NCBI GenBank assembly: GCA_958296135.2
Contig: CATQHZ020000001.1
Location: forward strand, 3,360,001 to 3,424,000
DNA length: 64,000 bases
Direction of reading: 5' to 3'
Source: an uncultured Poribacteria bacterium
GTDB taxonomy: Bacteria > Poribacteria > WGA-4E > WGA-3G
Shown: piece after piece, positions 10,502-20,244 of the stretch
Layout: each line of letters begins with the position of its first letter
How positions within the stretch are numbered: the stretch's first letter is position 1
Program-made: the position numbers and the translations under genes
Notes under the pieces: model-generated
Database searches by the model: none
The model's input: the letters and a program-made list of their open reading frames with translations, nothing else
What the model was told of the DNA's origin: nothing

Positions 10502-11606
10502 CTATTTCCGCTGTGCCTTCAACTTTAGGTACCCCTCAATGAAGGCATCTAATGCGCCATCCAACACCGCGTCAACATTGCCAGTCTCGATGTTTGTGCG
10601 CACATCCTTGACCCGCTGGTAGGGATGCAGGACATAGGAGCGGATCTGGCTGCCGAAGTTAATATCGGGACGTTCGCTGCGCTGTTTGGCGAGTTCTGCA
10701 TCGCGTTCTTCGCGATACCGTTCATAGAGCCGCGAACGTAACAACTTCATCGCAATCTCCCGGTTCTTATGCTGTGAACGTTCATTTTGGCACTGCACGA
10801 TAATCCCGGTAGGCTTGTGCATAATCCGAACGGCGGAATCGGTGACGTTGACGTGCTGTCCGCCTGCGCCGCTCGCGCGGTAGCAATCGATGCGAAGCTC
10901 TTCGGCTTGGATGTCCACCGCCACCGTGTCATCAATCTCGGGCGTAACGTCAATCGCGGCGAAGGAGGTATGCCGGCGGTTGTTAAAATCAAACGGTGAT
11001 AGCCGCACGAGCCGGTGGACTCCCGCTTCGGCTTGTAGATATCCGTAGGCGGCTGCGCCCGCAACGAGAATAGTCGCGCCTTTAATGCCCGCCTCATCGT
11101 CCGTCGTCACATCGACGATTTCGGTTTTATAGCCACGCCTGTCGCACCACCGGAGATACATCCGCATAAGCATCTCAGCCCAATCTTGCGCGTCAATCCC
11201 GCCGGCCCCGGAGTGGATACTGAGAATGGCGTTATTTTCGTCAAACTCGCCGGTGAGCAGTAAACGGAGTTCCATTTTCTCCAAACGGTTCGTCGCCGCC
11301 GCCAAGCCGCTGGAGAGTTCGGCGTGTAAGGTGGTATCGTCTTCCTCAATGGCGAGTTCCAGCCAGGACGCTAATTCCTCAATCTCGCTGTTCAGTTTTT
11401 CATAGTCGGCGATTTCCTCTCGGAGGAAGGCGATGCGCTTGTTCACCTTTTGGACGCGTTGCGGGTTCTTCCAAAAATCAGGCGCGAGCGCGTCGTCTTC
11501 TAACCCCGCCAATTCATTCTGTTTTTCAGCCAGGTCAAAGATACCCTCGGAGTTCAAGCAACCGGGTGCGCATTTCTTCGACCTGGGTTTTAAGTTCTAC
11601 AAGCAT
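10502..11606 (-). CDS. prfB: Peptide chain release factor 2 (programmed +1 frameshift)
   Basis: GGQ and SPF motifs. Upstream frame ATG 11606 reads MLVELKTQVEEMRTRLLELRGYL-stop, then +1 into DLAEKQ. Confidence 0.96.
11534..11548 (-). promoter_or_regulatory. prfB +1 frameshift site
   Basis: GAGGG TAT CTT TGA C: internal SD-like sequence plus the slippery CTT-TGA. Confidence 0.93.
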
Positions 11607-13286
11607 CTATTCTTTTCTCCCTTCGTAAATTTTCCATGCGAGCCATCCGATGCAGAGCATCGCGCAAAGGATCGGAAACCAATCGCCGTAGCGCGTATAA
11701 AGCGTCTGCCCGCCTGCTGCCGTATCCCCATGGGCGAGAGGCACACGCGCAACGAGAACCTCTTGCGTAGCGTTCGGCGTAATCAGCGGCGTTAGCGTCC
11801 TGCCGAATTTATCAACGACACCTGACACTCCGCCGTTCGCGCAGCGGAACACAGCAATGCGATTCTCCACCGCGCGGAAAGGTGCCATAGCGAAATGCTG
11901 TTCCGGGAACGCTGTCCCGACAAACCAAGCGTCATTCGTGAGGATGCCCATCACGCTCGCACCTTCCTTGACGAACTTGCGAAAGTGGTCTGGAAAAACA
12001 GACTCGAAGCAAATCGCAACGCCAATGTCAATTCCCTCGGTGCCGTTTCTTTTAACGTTTGACAGCGATAAAAGGTTTACTTTTTTTCCCGGCTCAAACG
12101 GTTCAAAGAGGATAAAGTTCGGGACAAAGTCAGGAATAAACCTTGCTAAAGGCACATATTCCCCGAAAGGAACGAGGTGCATTTTGTCATATTGCCCGAG
12201 TGCTTCCGCTTGCGGTGATAGCAAAAAGACGCTGTTGTAAAGTTTCTTTGATTCATCACGATGGGTTGTCCCGATAAGGAACGGAACCCCGGTCTCTCGC
12301 AGCAGCCGCCTAAACCTGCCGTGGGAGGCTGGCCACGCCCCTGTCACTACTTTCTCTCGCACCGCGGTTTCAGGCCACACAATGAGCTCGGGTGACACCG
12401 CGCTTGCTTGCTCTGTCAGCGTTATATAGCGGCGCAATATGGCCGGCACTTCATTACGGTTCCATTTCCGAAGTTGCGGAATGTTGCCGGGGACGAGCGC
12501 GACGTTTAAATCGTTTTGGCCTGGGGACGCGCTTTGTAAGCGCGCCTCCCCCAATTGCAGTTGCAAAATCCCGTAACCAAAGCAAGCGAAGGACAAGATG
12601 AGCGGCACTACCACTGCCGGTGCACGAAGTAACTTGAATAAATTGGCACGCTGAGGAACAGGCCCGCGCCCTACGTCATGAGATGCGTTGAAGATTAAAG
12701 TTGCGATACCGGCATTGAAAAGCACGATGACAAAACTCACGCCGTGCACACCGAATATGGAGACTATCTGTATCCCCGGCAGATTGTTCCACTGCGAATA
12801 GCCGATGCTTCCCCACGGAAACCCGGTTAACATCCAACTCCGCACCCACTCCAGTGCTGTCCAGATGCAGGCGGCCGCGATAGGAAATAGCACACTAGCG
12901 CTCCACGGCAACATGTGGACTAACGCGGCGCATACCCCGAAATAGAGCGCGGTATAGCCAACGAGGAGCAGGTACCCGAGCAAGGTCGCGTAGATGCTCG
13001 CATACGGATAGAGGAGCAAGATGGCAAGCAGCATCCCTGCGAAAAAGAGGAAACCCGTTAAGTAGCCGATACCGAAAGCGGACTTCCAACTCTTGGCATG
13101 CCTCAGCGCGACGAAGAGCGGCACCAGTGCAACCCAAGCAAGCGGAAAAAGGTTCGCATGTGGGAAGCTGCAAAACAGCAAAATCGCCGACAGTGTCGCG
13201 AGTATCCAGTGTTGGTAGCGTTTGACGAAATCTTTCGTAGGGTTACCCTCCACGAGAATTTTGGTATCCAACAGTGCGTGAATCAT
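11607..13286 (-). CDS. lnt: Apolipoprotein N-acyltransferase
   Basis: GFPW, VWPETA, YDKMHLVPFGEY, ICFES, TNDAWF, RAVENR. Confidence 0.94.
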   Translation of the reverse strand: MIHALLDTKILVEGNPTKDFVKRYQHWILATLSAILLFCSFPHANLFPLAWVALVPLFVALRHAKSWKSAFGIGYLTGFLFFAGMLLAILLLYPYASIYATLLGYLLLVGYTALYFGVCAALVHMLPWSASVLFPIAAACIWTALEWVRSWMLTGFPWGSIGYSQWNNLPGIQIVSIFGVHGVSFVIVLFNAGIATLIFNASHDVGRGPVPQRANLFKLLRAPAVVVPLILSFACFGYGILQLQLGEARLQSASPGQNDLNVALVPGNIPQLRKWNRNEVPAILRRYITLTEQASAVSPELIVWPETAVREKVVTGAWPASHGRFRRLLRETGVPFLIGTTHRDESKKLYNSVFLLSPQAEALGQYDKMHLVPFGEYVPLARFIPDFVPNFILFEPFEPGKKVNLLSLSNVKRNGTEGIDIGVAICFESVFPDHFRKFVKEGASVMGILTNDAWFVGTAFPEQHFAMAPFRAVENRIAVFRCANGGVSGVVDKFGRTLTPLITPNATQEVLVARVPLAHGDTAAGGQTLYTRYGDWFPILCAMLCIGWLAWKIYEGRKE

Positions 13287-13519
13287 CCGTATTTTTTCAA
13301 CCGCTCCTCTTCAATAATTTTCTTGCATTCCTCGTCAGTCGGTGGCGGGGTATCCGTTCTCACAATCGCGCGTATCTCCTCCAGTGTCATCGTCTGCGGC
13401 GGTCTGGGAATCTGCGGCGGCACCACCGTTTCCAAAATTTGACGGGCAAGATCAATCCGCACGGCCGCATCCCATTGCCGCACGCGCTCAAGCACCTCGA
13501 AAATCTGCTCGGAATCCAT
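13283..13519 (-). CDS. Small hypothetical protein, antitoxin-like (copy 2)
   Basis: 78 aa with AGGAG SD. Stop overlaps the lnt start. Near-identical to 13681-13917. Confidence 0.7.
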   Translation of the reverse strand: MDSEQIFEVLERVRQWDAAVRIDLARQILETVVPPQIPRPPQTMTLEEIRAIVRTDTPPPTDEECKKIIEEERLKKYG

Positions 13520-13680
13520 ACTCTGAAACTCCTTATCGTTATCGGGTTAATAGAAGGGACCTCATCAACAGGAAATCGTTCCTATCAGCAGTGATGAGAT
13601 AGGTTTTAACAACCTCCGCCTTGACGATACATCATCGGAAACAACGGTTTCAAATAGGGTACCACGATGTGACAAAAAAG

Positions 13681-13917
13681 TCAACCGTATTTTTTCAACC
13701 GCTCCTCTTCAATGATTTTGTTGCATGCCTCATCGGTGGGCGGCGGAGTATCCGTTCTTAGCATCGCGTGAATCTCTTCCAGCGTCATAGTCTTCCGCGG
13801 TCTGGGAATCTGTGGCGGCACCACCGTCTCCAAGATTTGACAGGCGAGGTAAATTCTCACGTCCGCATCCCATTTCTGCACGCGCTCAAACCCCTCGACA
13901 ATTTGCTCGGAATCCAT
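13681..13917 (-). CDS. Small hypothetical protein, antitoxin-like (copy 1)
   Basis: 78-aa paralog ending TDTPPPTDEACNKIIEEERLKKYG. Confidence 0.7.
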   Translation of the reverse strand: MDSEQIVEGFERVQKWDADVRIYLACQILETVVPPQIPRPRKTMTLEEIHAMLRTDTPPPTDEACNKIIEEERLKKYG

Positions 13918-13931
13918 GTTTTGAAACGCCT

Positions 13932-16040
13932 TTAAAAAATATCCGCCTTCAACAAATACGCCATCTTGATAAACACAATCCGCTCTGTCTCACCATCGGC
14001 ATCGCGGTTGTCGTTGTAGACGATGAAGAAGTTGCTCTCCGGACGATACTCATAAGCAAAAAGCCCGAAGACGCGGCGTTCCTTTTCCAAGGTAAACTCC
14101 GCACTGGCTCTCGCATACATCCGCTGCGCAAACTGATAATTCACGATGAAACGGCGCGTCCATTCCGATAGCCGCCACCGCGTAGCATCCGGTTCCCGTT
14201 CATGGAGACGCTGGAGGATGAACTCAAAACTGAGCTTTGGTGTAGGACGAATCGTAATCTCCGGTCGGATGAAGAACGTATCCCGATTATCGCGCACGCC
14301 GAATGTGCCGGTGTTCCGAATTTGGATATACTTCGGTGGAAACCAGCCCGCGAAAAAGCGCACCGTCCTGTCCGTAAAGGGCTCATTCTCATCGTTGACG
14401 TGATAATACCATTCAGGCCCGAGGAGAAAAAAGAAGTCTTTCACGCCGAGCAATCCGCTGAAATTCGCGCGGTGGTTCGTCAGTTCGCCTGCATGGTTTT
14501 CAAGCCGTTCATAAGTGACTTCCCCGCGGAGTCGTTCCAGCGCGCCTTTATACTGCTTGTTATAGCGACTTCTCAAGACGAAGCCCCGTCTATCAATGCG
14601 CGGGATAAAGCCGGTTTCGGGGTTAAAGTTTTCACCGATATCCGCGTAAATCGCATCAAATGAAAACACGTTCGTCCGCCGGTCTAATTGGATAAAAACC
14701 AGACCATCCGCTGTGTTTTCTGTCATGTTGAAGCCGCCTGCCTTCCATTCTCTGGCGTACTCCAAATTGAGATTCATCTCCGCGGGGAGCCGAATCCGCG
14801 CATCCATCCCGCCTGCCCTATCGTAGACACCACCGCGCTGCTTGTTTACACCTAAAACGCCGACAGATGAGGTTTTCCCCAACTCCCGTTGCAACCGAAA
14901 AACAGTATAGTTATAGTCATTAAGCGGTAAGTCTCCCGCCTCCATTTCCTGCTCTTCGTTTTCAGGGCCGGCGATGGCTCCCATCAAGGCGATGTTGTAA
15001 TCGCTGACCTTGCCGATGACTTTCCCGCCGCCAACCAGGGCTTCGACGCGGCGGCTATAGAACAAATCGAGCGGCATTTGGAACAGTTCGTTTCCCTCAA
15101 GGAAAAAGGGACGTTTTTCGGGAAAACGGAGGGGGATGTCGGTTAAATTGACGAGGTCCGGGTCTGCCTCGATCTGGGCGAAATCCGGATTGAGCGTCAC
15201 GTCCACCGTGAAATCGGCGATGGGATACCGCACGTCAATGCCCGCATCTGCCCTCACGCCAACTGGTTCATCGCCGATTTGTTGCGGCTTCAAGGTGCTG
15301 TAAGGCTTGAGTTTCAGCGGCCGCTTCGTCACCAATTCGGTAATCGGAATCCCGGTCAACCGTCCGAATCGAGACACCGCGTATTGGCGTTCACCCAAAT
15401 CTACCCAGGTCTGCTCTTCGCCGAGAGCTTCATCGTTTCGCCAGAAGTTGATACCCCACGTTGTGGCTGTCGGCTCCTTTGGAAAACGGAGTGAGGCAAA
15501 CGGAATGGCGAACTCGGCTATCCACTTGTCTGTATCCTTGCTGGCTTGTCCTGTCCATTCGCAGTCCCACGAAATGGCGGTGCCGATTTGAGACGAGCCG
15601 GTGCGGCGGTTCGCGCCTTCATTCGTGAGCCGCCGGTCTGTCTGCGTGCCGAGTGGATTCAAGGCGAACGCGTAGCAGTTACGGTTATCCAGAAAGGTAT
15701 CAATAAGGATTTCGACGTGATCATCGGAGAAGAAGAACGAGTCGCGCCGCGTCTGATTCGCCGCGAGTTTGTGCATATCGCTCTTGAACGATTCAAAAGC
15801 GACGTAGAGGTTATTTGCATCGTGCGTCAGGTAAACGGTGGTTGCCTGCGATGCTGGGGCACCGCGCTGCGGCTCAAATTGGACGAATTGTCCGGTTTGG
15901 GCGGCGTTCTGCCAACATGCGTCGTCTAGTTTTCCATCGATTTTCGGGGGTGTTTCGGTTGAGACAGCGTTAATTTCTCGGCTAGCGGCGGCGATACCGC
16001 AGAGACAAACGATGCCGAGAATGCTTAGTACGATTTTCAT
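13932..16040 (-). CDS. CBM9-like / DUF5916 outer-membrane protein
   Basis: Signal peptide, PPKIDGKLDDACW, AEFAIPFASLRF, TLNPDFAQIEAD, PEKRPFFLEG, C-terminal Phe. Confidence 0.8.
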   Translation of the reverse strand: MKIVLSILGIVCLCGIAAASREINAVSTETPPKIDGKLDDACWQNAAQTGQFVQFEPQRGAPASQATTVYLTHDANNLYVAFESFKSDMHKLAANQTRRDSFFFSDDHVEILIDTFLDNRNCYAFALNPLGTQTDRRLTNEGANRRTGSSQIGTAISWDCEWTGQASKDTDKWIAEFAIPFASLRFPKEPTATTWGINFWRNDEALGEEQTWVDLGERQYAVSRFGRLTGIPITELVTKRPLKLKPYSTLKPQQIGDEPVGVRADAGIDVRYPIADFTVDVTLNPDFAQIEADPDLVNLTDIPLRFPEKRPFFLEGNELFQMPLDLFYSRRVEALVGGGKVIGKVSDYNIALMGAIAGPENEEQEMEAGDLPLNDYNYTVFRLQRELGKTSSVGVLGVNKQRGGVYDRAGGMDARIRLPAEMNLNLEYAREWKAGGFNMTENTADGLVFIQLDRRTNVFSFDAIYADIGENFNPETGFIPRIDRRGFVLRSRYNKQYKGALERLRGEVTYERLENHAGELTNHRANFSGLLGVKDFFFLLGPEWYYHVNDENEPFTDRTVRFFAGWFPPKYIQIRNTGTFGVRDNRDTFFIRPEITIRPTPKLSFEFILQRLHEREPDATRWRLSEWTRRFIVNYQFAQRMYARASAEFTLEKERRVFGLFAYEYRPESNFFIVYNDNRDADGETERIVFIKMAYLLKADIF

Positions 16041-16081
16041 AGGTTTTCTGATTTGGGAGCCTCCTTTTTTCGGTTGGGGGT

Positions 16082-16110
16082 ATGTTATCGTATTTTGGGT
16101 TTTGTGTCAA
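16082..16110 (-). promoter_or_regulatory. Putative sigma70 promoter
   Basis: TTGACA-17 bp-TAACAT upstream of 16040. Confidence 0.55.
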
Positions 16111-16508
16111 CTGCGAAAATTCAGGGCGATTTGGTTGTCTCAATAGAGGCGCGATGAAATCGCTTGGACTAGACAAAATCCTGCCCGCCTTGCGCGGGGC
16201 TCTCGCTTTTCTGAACCTGTTGCTTCAAAGCGGCACGCTCATGACAATTTGACAAGACGAGAACTGCTGCCTAGTTCGTAGCACGAGATGTCAAACCTTG
16301 CTTGCGAGGTAGCGAGGTTTATTTTTCTTCTAGGCGTAACGGGCCTGTCCCTAGCGCACCCGCGGTCGACGCGAAGATGTCCGATAGCCGAGAAAAAACA
16401 GATTTGATTTTTGGCGTTTTGTGTGGTATACTCTATTATGTCATCGGATTTGCAATTTCGACGAACCCACTTTTACGCGTTTCTATAACTAGACACAGAG
16501 GTAGGCAC

Positions 16509-19500
16509 GTGAGCACGCAACCTGAAAATGTTATCACAGCCGAATTAGTCCGCATTCTGAATCGGATGAGTCCGAGATGGAAACTGGAACAACACCAACG
16601 TCCCTTCCGCGGCAGCCAGAAAAACCCCGACATTTTTATCACCCGACCAGGGTATGAACCCGTCGCCATTGAGGCAAAATACGTCGACTCGCCGGACGAT
16701 GTAGTGGCGCAAGCACAGAAACATGTCGGCCGTGTGCTGGAAACCGAGTACGCCACGCGCACCGAAACCCTGCACACCGTCATGGCGATTCGGTACCCGG
16801 CGTGGTTCAAGGATGTCGCGGGCAGAAACATTGAGGAGAAACTCTGCCGTGCTACCGATCTTCAATATCTGCTCAAAGGCAAGAGCGGCGGCGAAACCTA
16901 CCAATTTCCGCGCAACGGATGGGCGAACGGTACCGTTGCAGATATCGCGAACGCGGTGCATGTCGGGACAGTGCCGAGCGAACGGATTGACGATGCCGCA
17001 GCGGAAATGGAACGTGCTGTCAATATCGCCGCCCAGCAGCTGGACGATGCAGTCAAAGCACGTACCGCTATCGGGGACAGACTAGAGCACATCTTGCATC
17101 AAGAACGAGGCACACAGACCGCCCGCATGGCATGCCTTATCATCACGGACGCGTTTGTCTTCCAATCGTCACTAGCGGGCAAAGACTTGAAAGAACTCGC
17201 CGGCGACAACCTGTCGGCATTGAAGGCACTCGAAAATCGGAAACCGGTCCGCTCCCTCGGCCAGCATCTCCGCCAAATGGATTTCGCAGACGTGCTGACA
17301 GACTGGGAAACCCTCCTGAAAGTCAACTACCAGCCGATCTTCGCCGATGCCATGCAGATGGTAACGGCAATCGCTACCGACGACGCGTTGGTAAATGAGC
17401 TGCTCAGCATCCTGTGCAAGGCGGCGAATGACCTGGTGAAGACGAGGCTCGCGCAGATTCATGAGTTGGCAGGTGAAGTATTCCAAAAACTCATCGTCGA
17501 CCGGAAATACGTTAAGGCAAACTATACGCTGCCCACTTCAGCAGCACTGCTCTCAACGTTGGTATGTCCCGAACTTCCCGATGGGCGGCTGCCGAAAGTT
17601 GCCGACTTCGCCTGCGGGACCGGGTCACTGCTCAACGGCGTTTACAAGCGGGTGCAGCGGCTTTATGAACAGCAAGGCGACAAGGATAGCGCGGACATCC
17701 ATAAAGAGATGCTTGAGAACAACCTCGCCGGTAGCGACATTATGCCGAACGCGACGCACATCACTTTTGCCAGTCTCGCGAGCGCGCAGCCAGAGATGCC
17801 CCTCGGCGCGACGCGGATTGTCACGGCACCCTACGGCAAGCAACCCAATGAGACATTCGCCGTAGGCGCGCTGGAACTCCTTGACGAGGAATTGCTACTG
17901 CCGATGATGGATACCGAGGCGGTCCAACTCGGCGGCGAGGAAAGTGCCACCGTTGAGATAAAGCGGATGTTCCGAAACGGCGAGATGGACATCGTCATCC
18001 AAAACCCGCCGTTTGTGAAACACAGTGCCGATGGAAACACGGAGGTGCCGAAAGTCGTCTTTCAAGGCACCGAGCGTCCATCGGCAGAAAAGAAAGAACT
18101 CCAAGCAGCCCTCCGGCGTAAAGGGACGCGAGTGGCTCACGGCGTGGCGGGACACAGTTCCTACTTCGTTGAACTCGCTGACCGGAAACTCAAGGAAGGC
18201 GGCACGATGGGTGTCATTCTCCCCGCGACAATCCTAGCCTCGGCATCGATGCAGAAAGTGCGGGATATGTGGGCGACAGAATACCACAACGTCTATGTCA
18301 TCACCATCGCCGGCGCGAAGGGACATGATAGTGCTTTTTCGGCGGCCACCAAAATAGCAGAGTGCATTGTCGTGGCGACGAAGGGTATCGGAGACAACAC
18401 CGGTGCTGCAACATTTGTCTCCTTGACCCACCGTCCGAATAGCCTGCTAGAGGCAACAGAGGTTGCGAACTGCATTCTCCGCAGCCATGGTGGTGAAGAG
18501 ACGCTCAGTATCGGCGAGGATGCCGTGGGCAAGCGTGTAGAATGCCCGGTGGTTATTGGACAGACCTGGGGTGCCTCACGCGTCAAATCCGTTTCCGTGC
18601 TACAGACAGCGGAGAAACTTGCAAATTCGGTATTGTCTCTCCCACGACTCACGACATCGCTGTCCATTCCGATGGCGCGCGTGGAAGACATCGCTGTCGT
18701 TGGATTCACTGAACCTACTATTAAAGGGAAGAACGGTGCATTCACAGTGGTGAAAGGGTATGAGAAGAGTGACGACGGTTATCCGGCGCTTTGGCAGGCA
18801 AATTGTAAACAACAGCGTGCGATGATGGTCATACCGGATTCGCAGGCGAAAATCCGCACCGGCGCGGAAGCGAAAGCCGAACGCGTCTTGGCACGCATCA
18901 GCCAAGCCCACTACTACCTGTCACCGACGTTCAGCGCAACCTCGGCTATCGCGATGTTTACCGAAGAACCGAGCATCGGTGCATGCATCATTACAAACGT
19001 AGCGTTTCAGGACTCGCGCCACGGAATCGCATGGACGCTGTGGTGCAATTCAACGTTGGGGTTAGTCTGTCATTGGATGTACAGCCAGAAGCAACAAGCA
19101 GGGCGGGGACGGTTGACAAGCACAACCTTCAAAACCTTGCCGACGTTAGATGTCCGTCAACTCTCCGATAACGCGTTATCAAACGCAGCGGCGATTTTCG
19201 AGCGGTTAAAATACGAACGGATGCTGCCGCTCAACGAATGCGCCAAAGACGAGATTCGGCATGAATTAGATGCGGAACTGCTGACGCGAGTGCTCGGTAT
19301 TGAGGACATCGGGGTGCTCGCTTCGATGCAAACGTTGCGGGAGATGCTCTGCGCAGAGCCGAGCATTCACGGTGGAAAGCAGTCCACGTGCAATCTGGAT
19401 AAGGAATTGGAGAAGTTGTCCGCGCAGGGCATCGTGCTGCCGGGGAGGACAGCGGAAGCGACGGTGCTGCAGCAGGCGGTTATGGATTTCACGTTAGCTC

Positions 19501-19517
19501 CGCCACCGAATGCGTAA
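16509..19517 (+). CDS. Type IIG-like fused restriction endonuclease / N6-adenine methyltransferase
   Basis: N-terminal PD...IEAK nuclease motif, motif I DFACGTGSLL, motif IV QNPPF, C-terminal TRD-like region. Start placed at GTG 16509. Confidence 0.82.
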   Translation: MSTQPENVITAELVRILNRMSPRWKLEQHQRPFRGSQKNPDIFITRPGYEPVAIEAKYVDSPDDVVAQAQKHVGRVLETEYATRTETLHTVMAIRYPAWFKDVAGRNIEEKLCRATDLQYLLKGKSGGETYQFPRNGWANGTVADIANAVHVGTVPSERIDDAAAEMERAVNIAAQQLDDAVKARTAIGDRLEHILHQERGTQTARMACLIITDAFVFQSSLAGKDLKELAGDNLSALKALENRKPVRSLGQHLRQMDFADVLTDWETLLKVNYQPIFADAMQMVTAIATDDALVNELLSILCKAANDLVKTRLAQIHELAGEVFQKLIVDRKYVKANYTLPTSAALLSTLVCPELPDGRLPKVADFACGTGSLLNGVYKRVQRLYEQQGDKDSADIHKEMLENNLAGSDIMPNATHITFASLASAQPEMPLGATRIVTAPYGKQPNETFAVGALELLDEELLLPMMDTEAVQLGGEESATVEIKRMFRNGEMDIVIQNPPFVKHSADGNTEVPKVVFQGTERPSAEKKELQAALRRKGTRVAHGVAGHSSYFVELADRKLKEGGTMGVILPATILASASMQKVRDMWATEYHNVYVITIAGAKGHDSAFSAATKIAECIVVATKGIGDNTGAATFVSLTHRPNSLLEATEVANCILRSHGGEETLSIGEDAVGKRVECPVVIGQTWGASRVKSVSVLQTAEKLANSVLSLPRLTTSLSIPMARVEDIAVVGFTEPTIKGKNGAFTVVKGYEKSDDGYPALWQANCKQQRAMMVIPDSQAKIRTGAEAKAERVLARISQAHYYLSPTFSATSAIAMFTEEPSIGACIITNVAFQDSRHGIAWTLWCNSTLGLVCHWMYSQKQQAGRGRLTSTTFKTLPTLDVRQLSDNALSNAAAIFERLKYERMLPLNECAKDEIRHELDAELLTRVLGIEDIGVLASMQTLREMLCAEPSIHGGKQSTCNLDKELEKLSAQGIVLPGRTAEATVLQQAVMDFTLAPPPNA

Positions 19518-19623
19518 GGCTGCGGATAGTAAAATTGATTGCAGGAAACCGGATTTCACCGGTTTCCGCGAGGCGCAAGGGCAAGAGGTTAAGCAACTGA
19601 ATAACATAGGGAACCACCTTTCG

Positions 19624-19895
19624 GGGGCCAAGTCGGGGGCCAAGTCTTTGGTAACACCGATAGAGAGAAAGCCCTAACCTAAGCGGTACTCTACTGACTT
19701 TGGGGCCAAGTGCACCTGAAATCTGAGTACTGTTGGGGAAATACGAATTAAGGATAAAAGAGAGAGTGTAGTGAGTGTATTCTCCTTTAAATGGGGTTTT
19801 TGAGCGCACTTGGCCCCCGAAACGCAACCGACTCGACAACCACAGGGCTCCGTGTCCGGGGCCAAGTCTAAAAGCAAATGACCGGACTTGGCCCC
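19624..19895. repeat. Six copies of GGGGCCAAGT in direct and inverted orientation (iteron-like)
   Basis: Forward at 19624, 19636, 19702, 19858. Reverse at 19808, 19886. Confidence 0.85.
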
Positions 19896-20244
19896 CATCA
19901 TTTTGAAGAAAGAGGTACATTCGGGATTTTCCACTGGCTTGTTCGGTTCAACTACGGGCAAGCGGACATATTTTCGGGTGCCCAGTTTAATATGCTTTTC
20001 TTGCTGTTTGGTCATGAATTCCATATTAGCAGAGGATATCGAGCCGTTGCAGTTAGAGACGCGGGCACTTTTGTTTGGAATTGGATAGATAAACATGACA
20101 AATACATGAAGCGAATTCAATAACCGAACAGCCCTCGGGAAAACCGTCCCCGAATCTGTGTAAACCGATCCACACAATTCACGTTAAAATTAACGTTAAA
20201 AAAATGAATTCAAAAAGGAGGGCGCGTTTTGAGCGCGCTTTTTC

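Noticed and set aside
16302-16508. N-terminal extension of the R-M ORF
   Set aside because: It runs through a REP hairpin and promoter-like sequence. GTG 16509 is the better start.
19489-20177. ORFs 19489-19920 and 19674-20177 as functional genes
   Set aside because: No SD or recognisable domain, and composition is dominated by the repeat. At most a relic.
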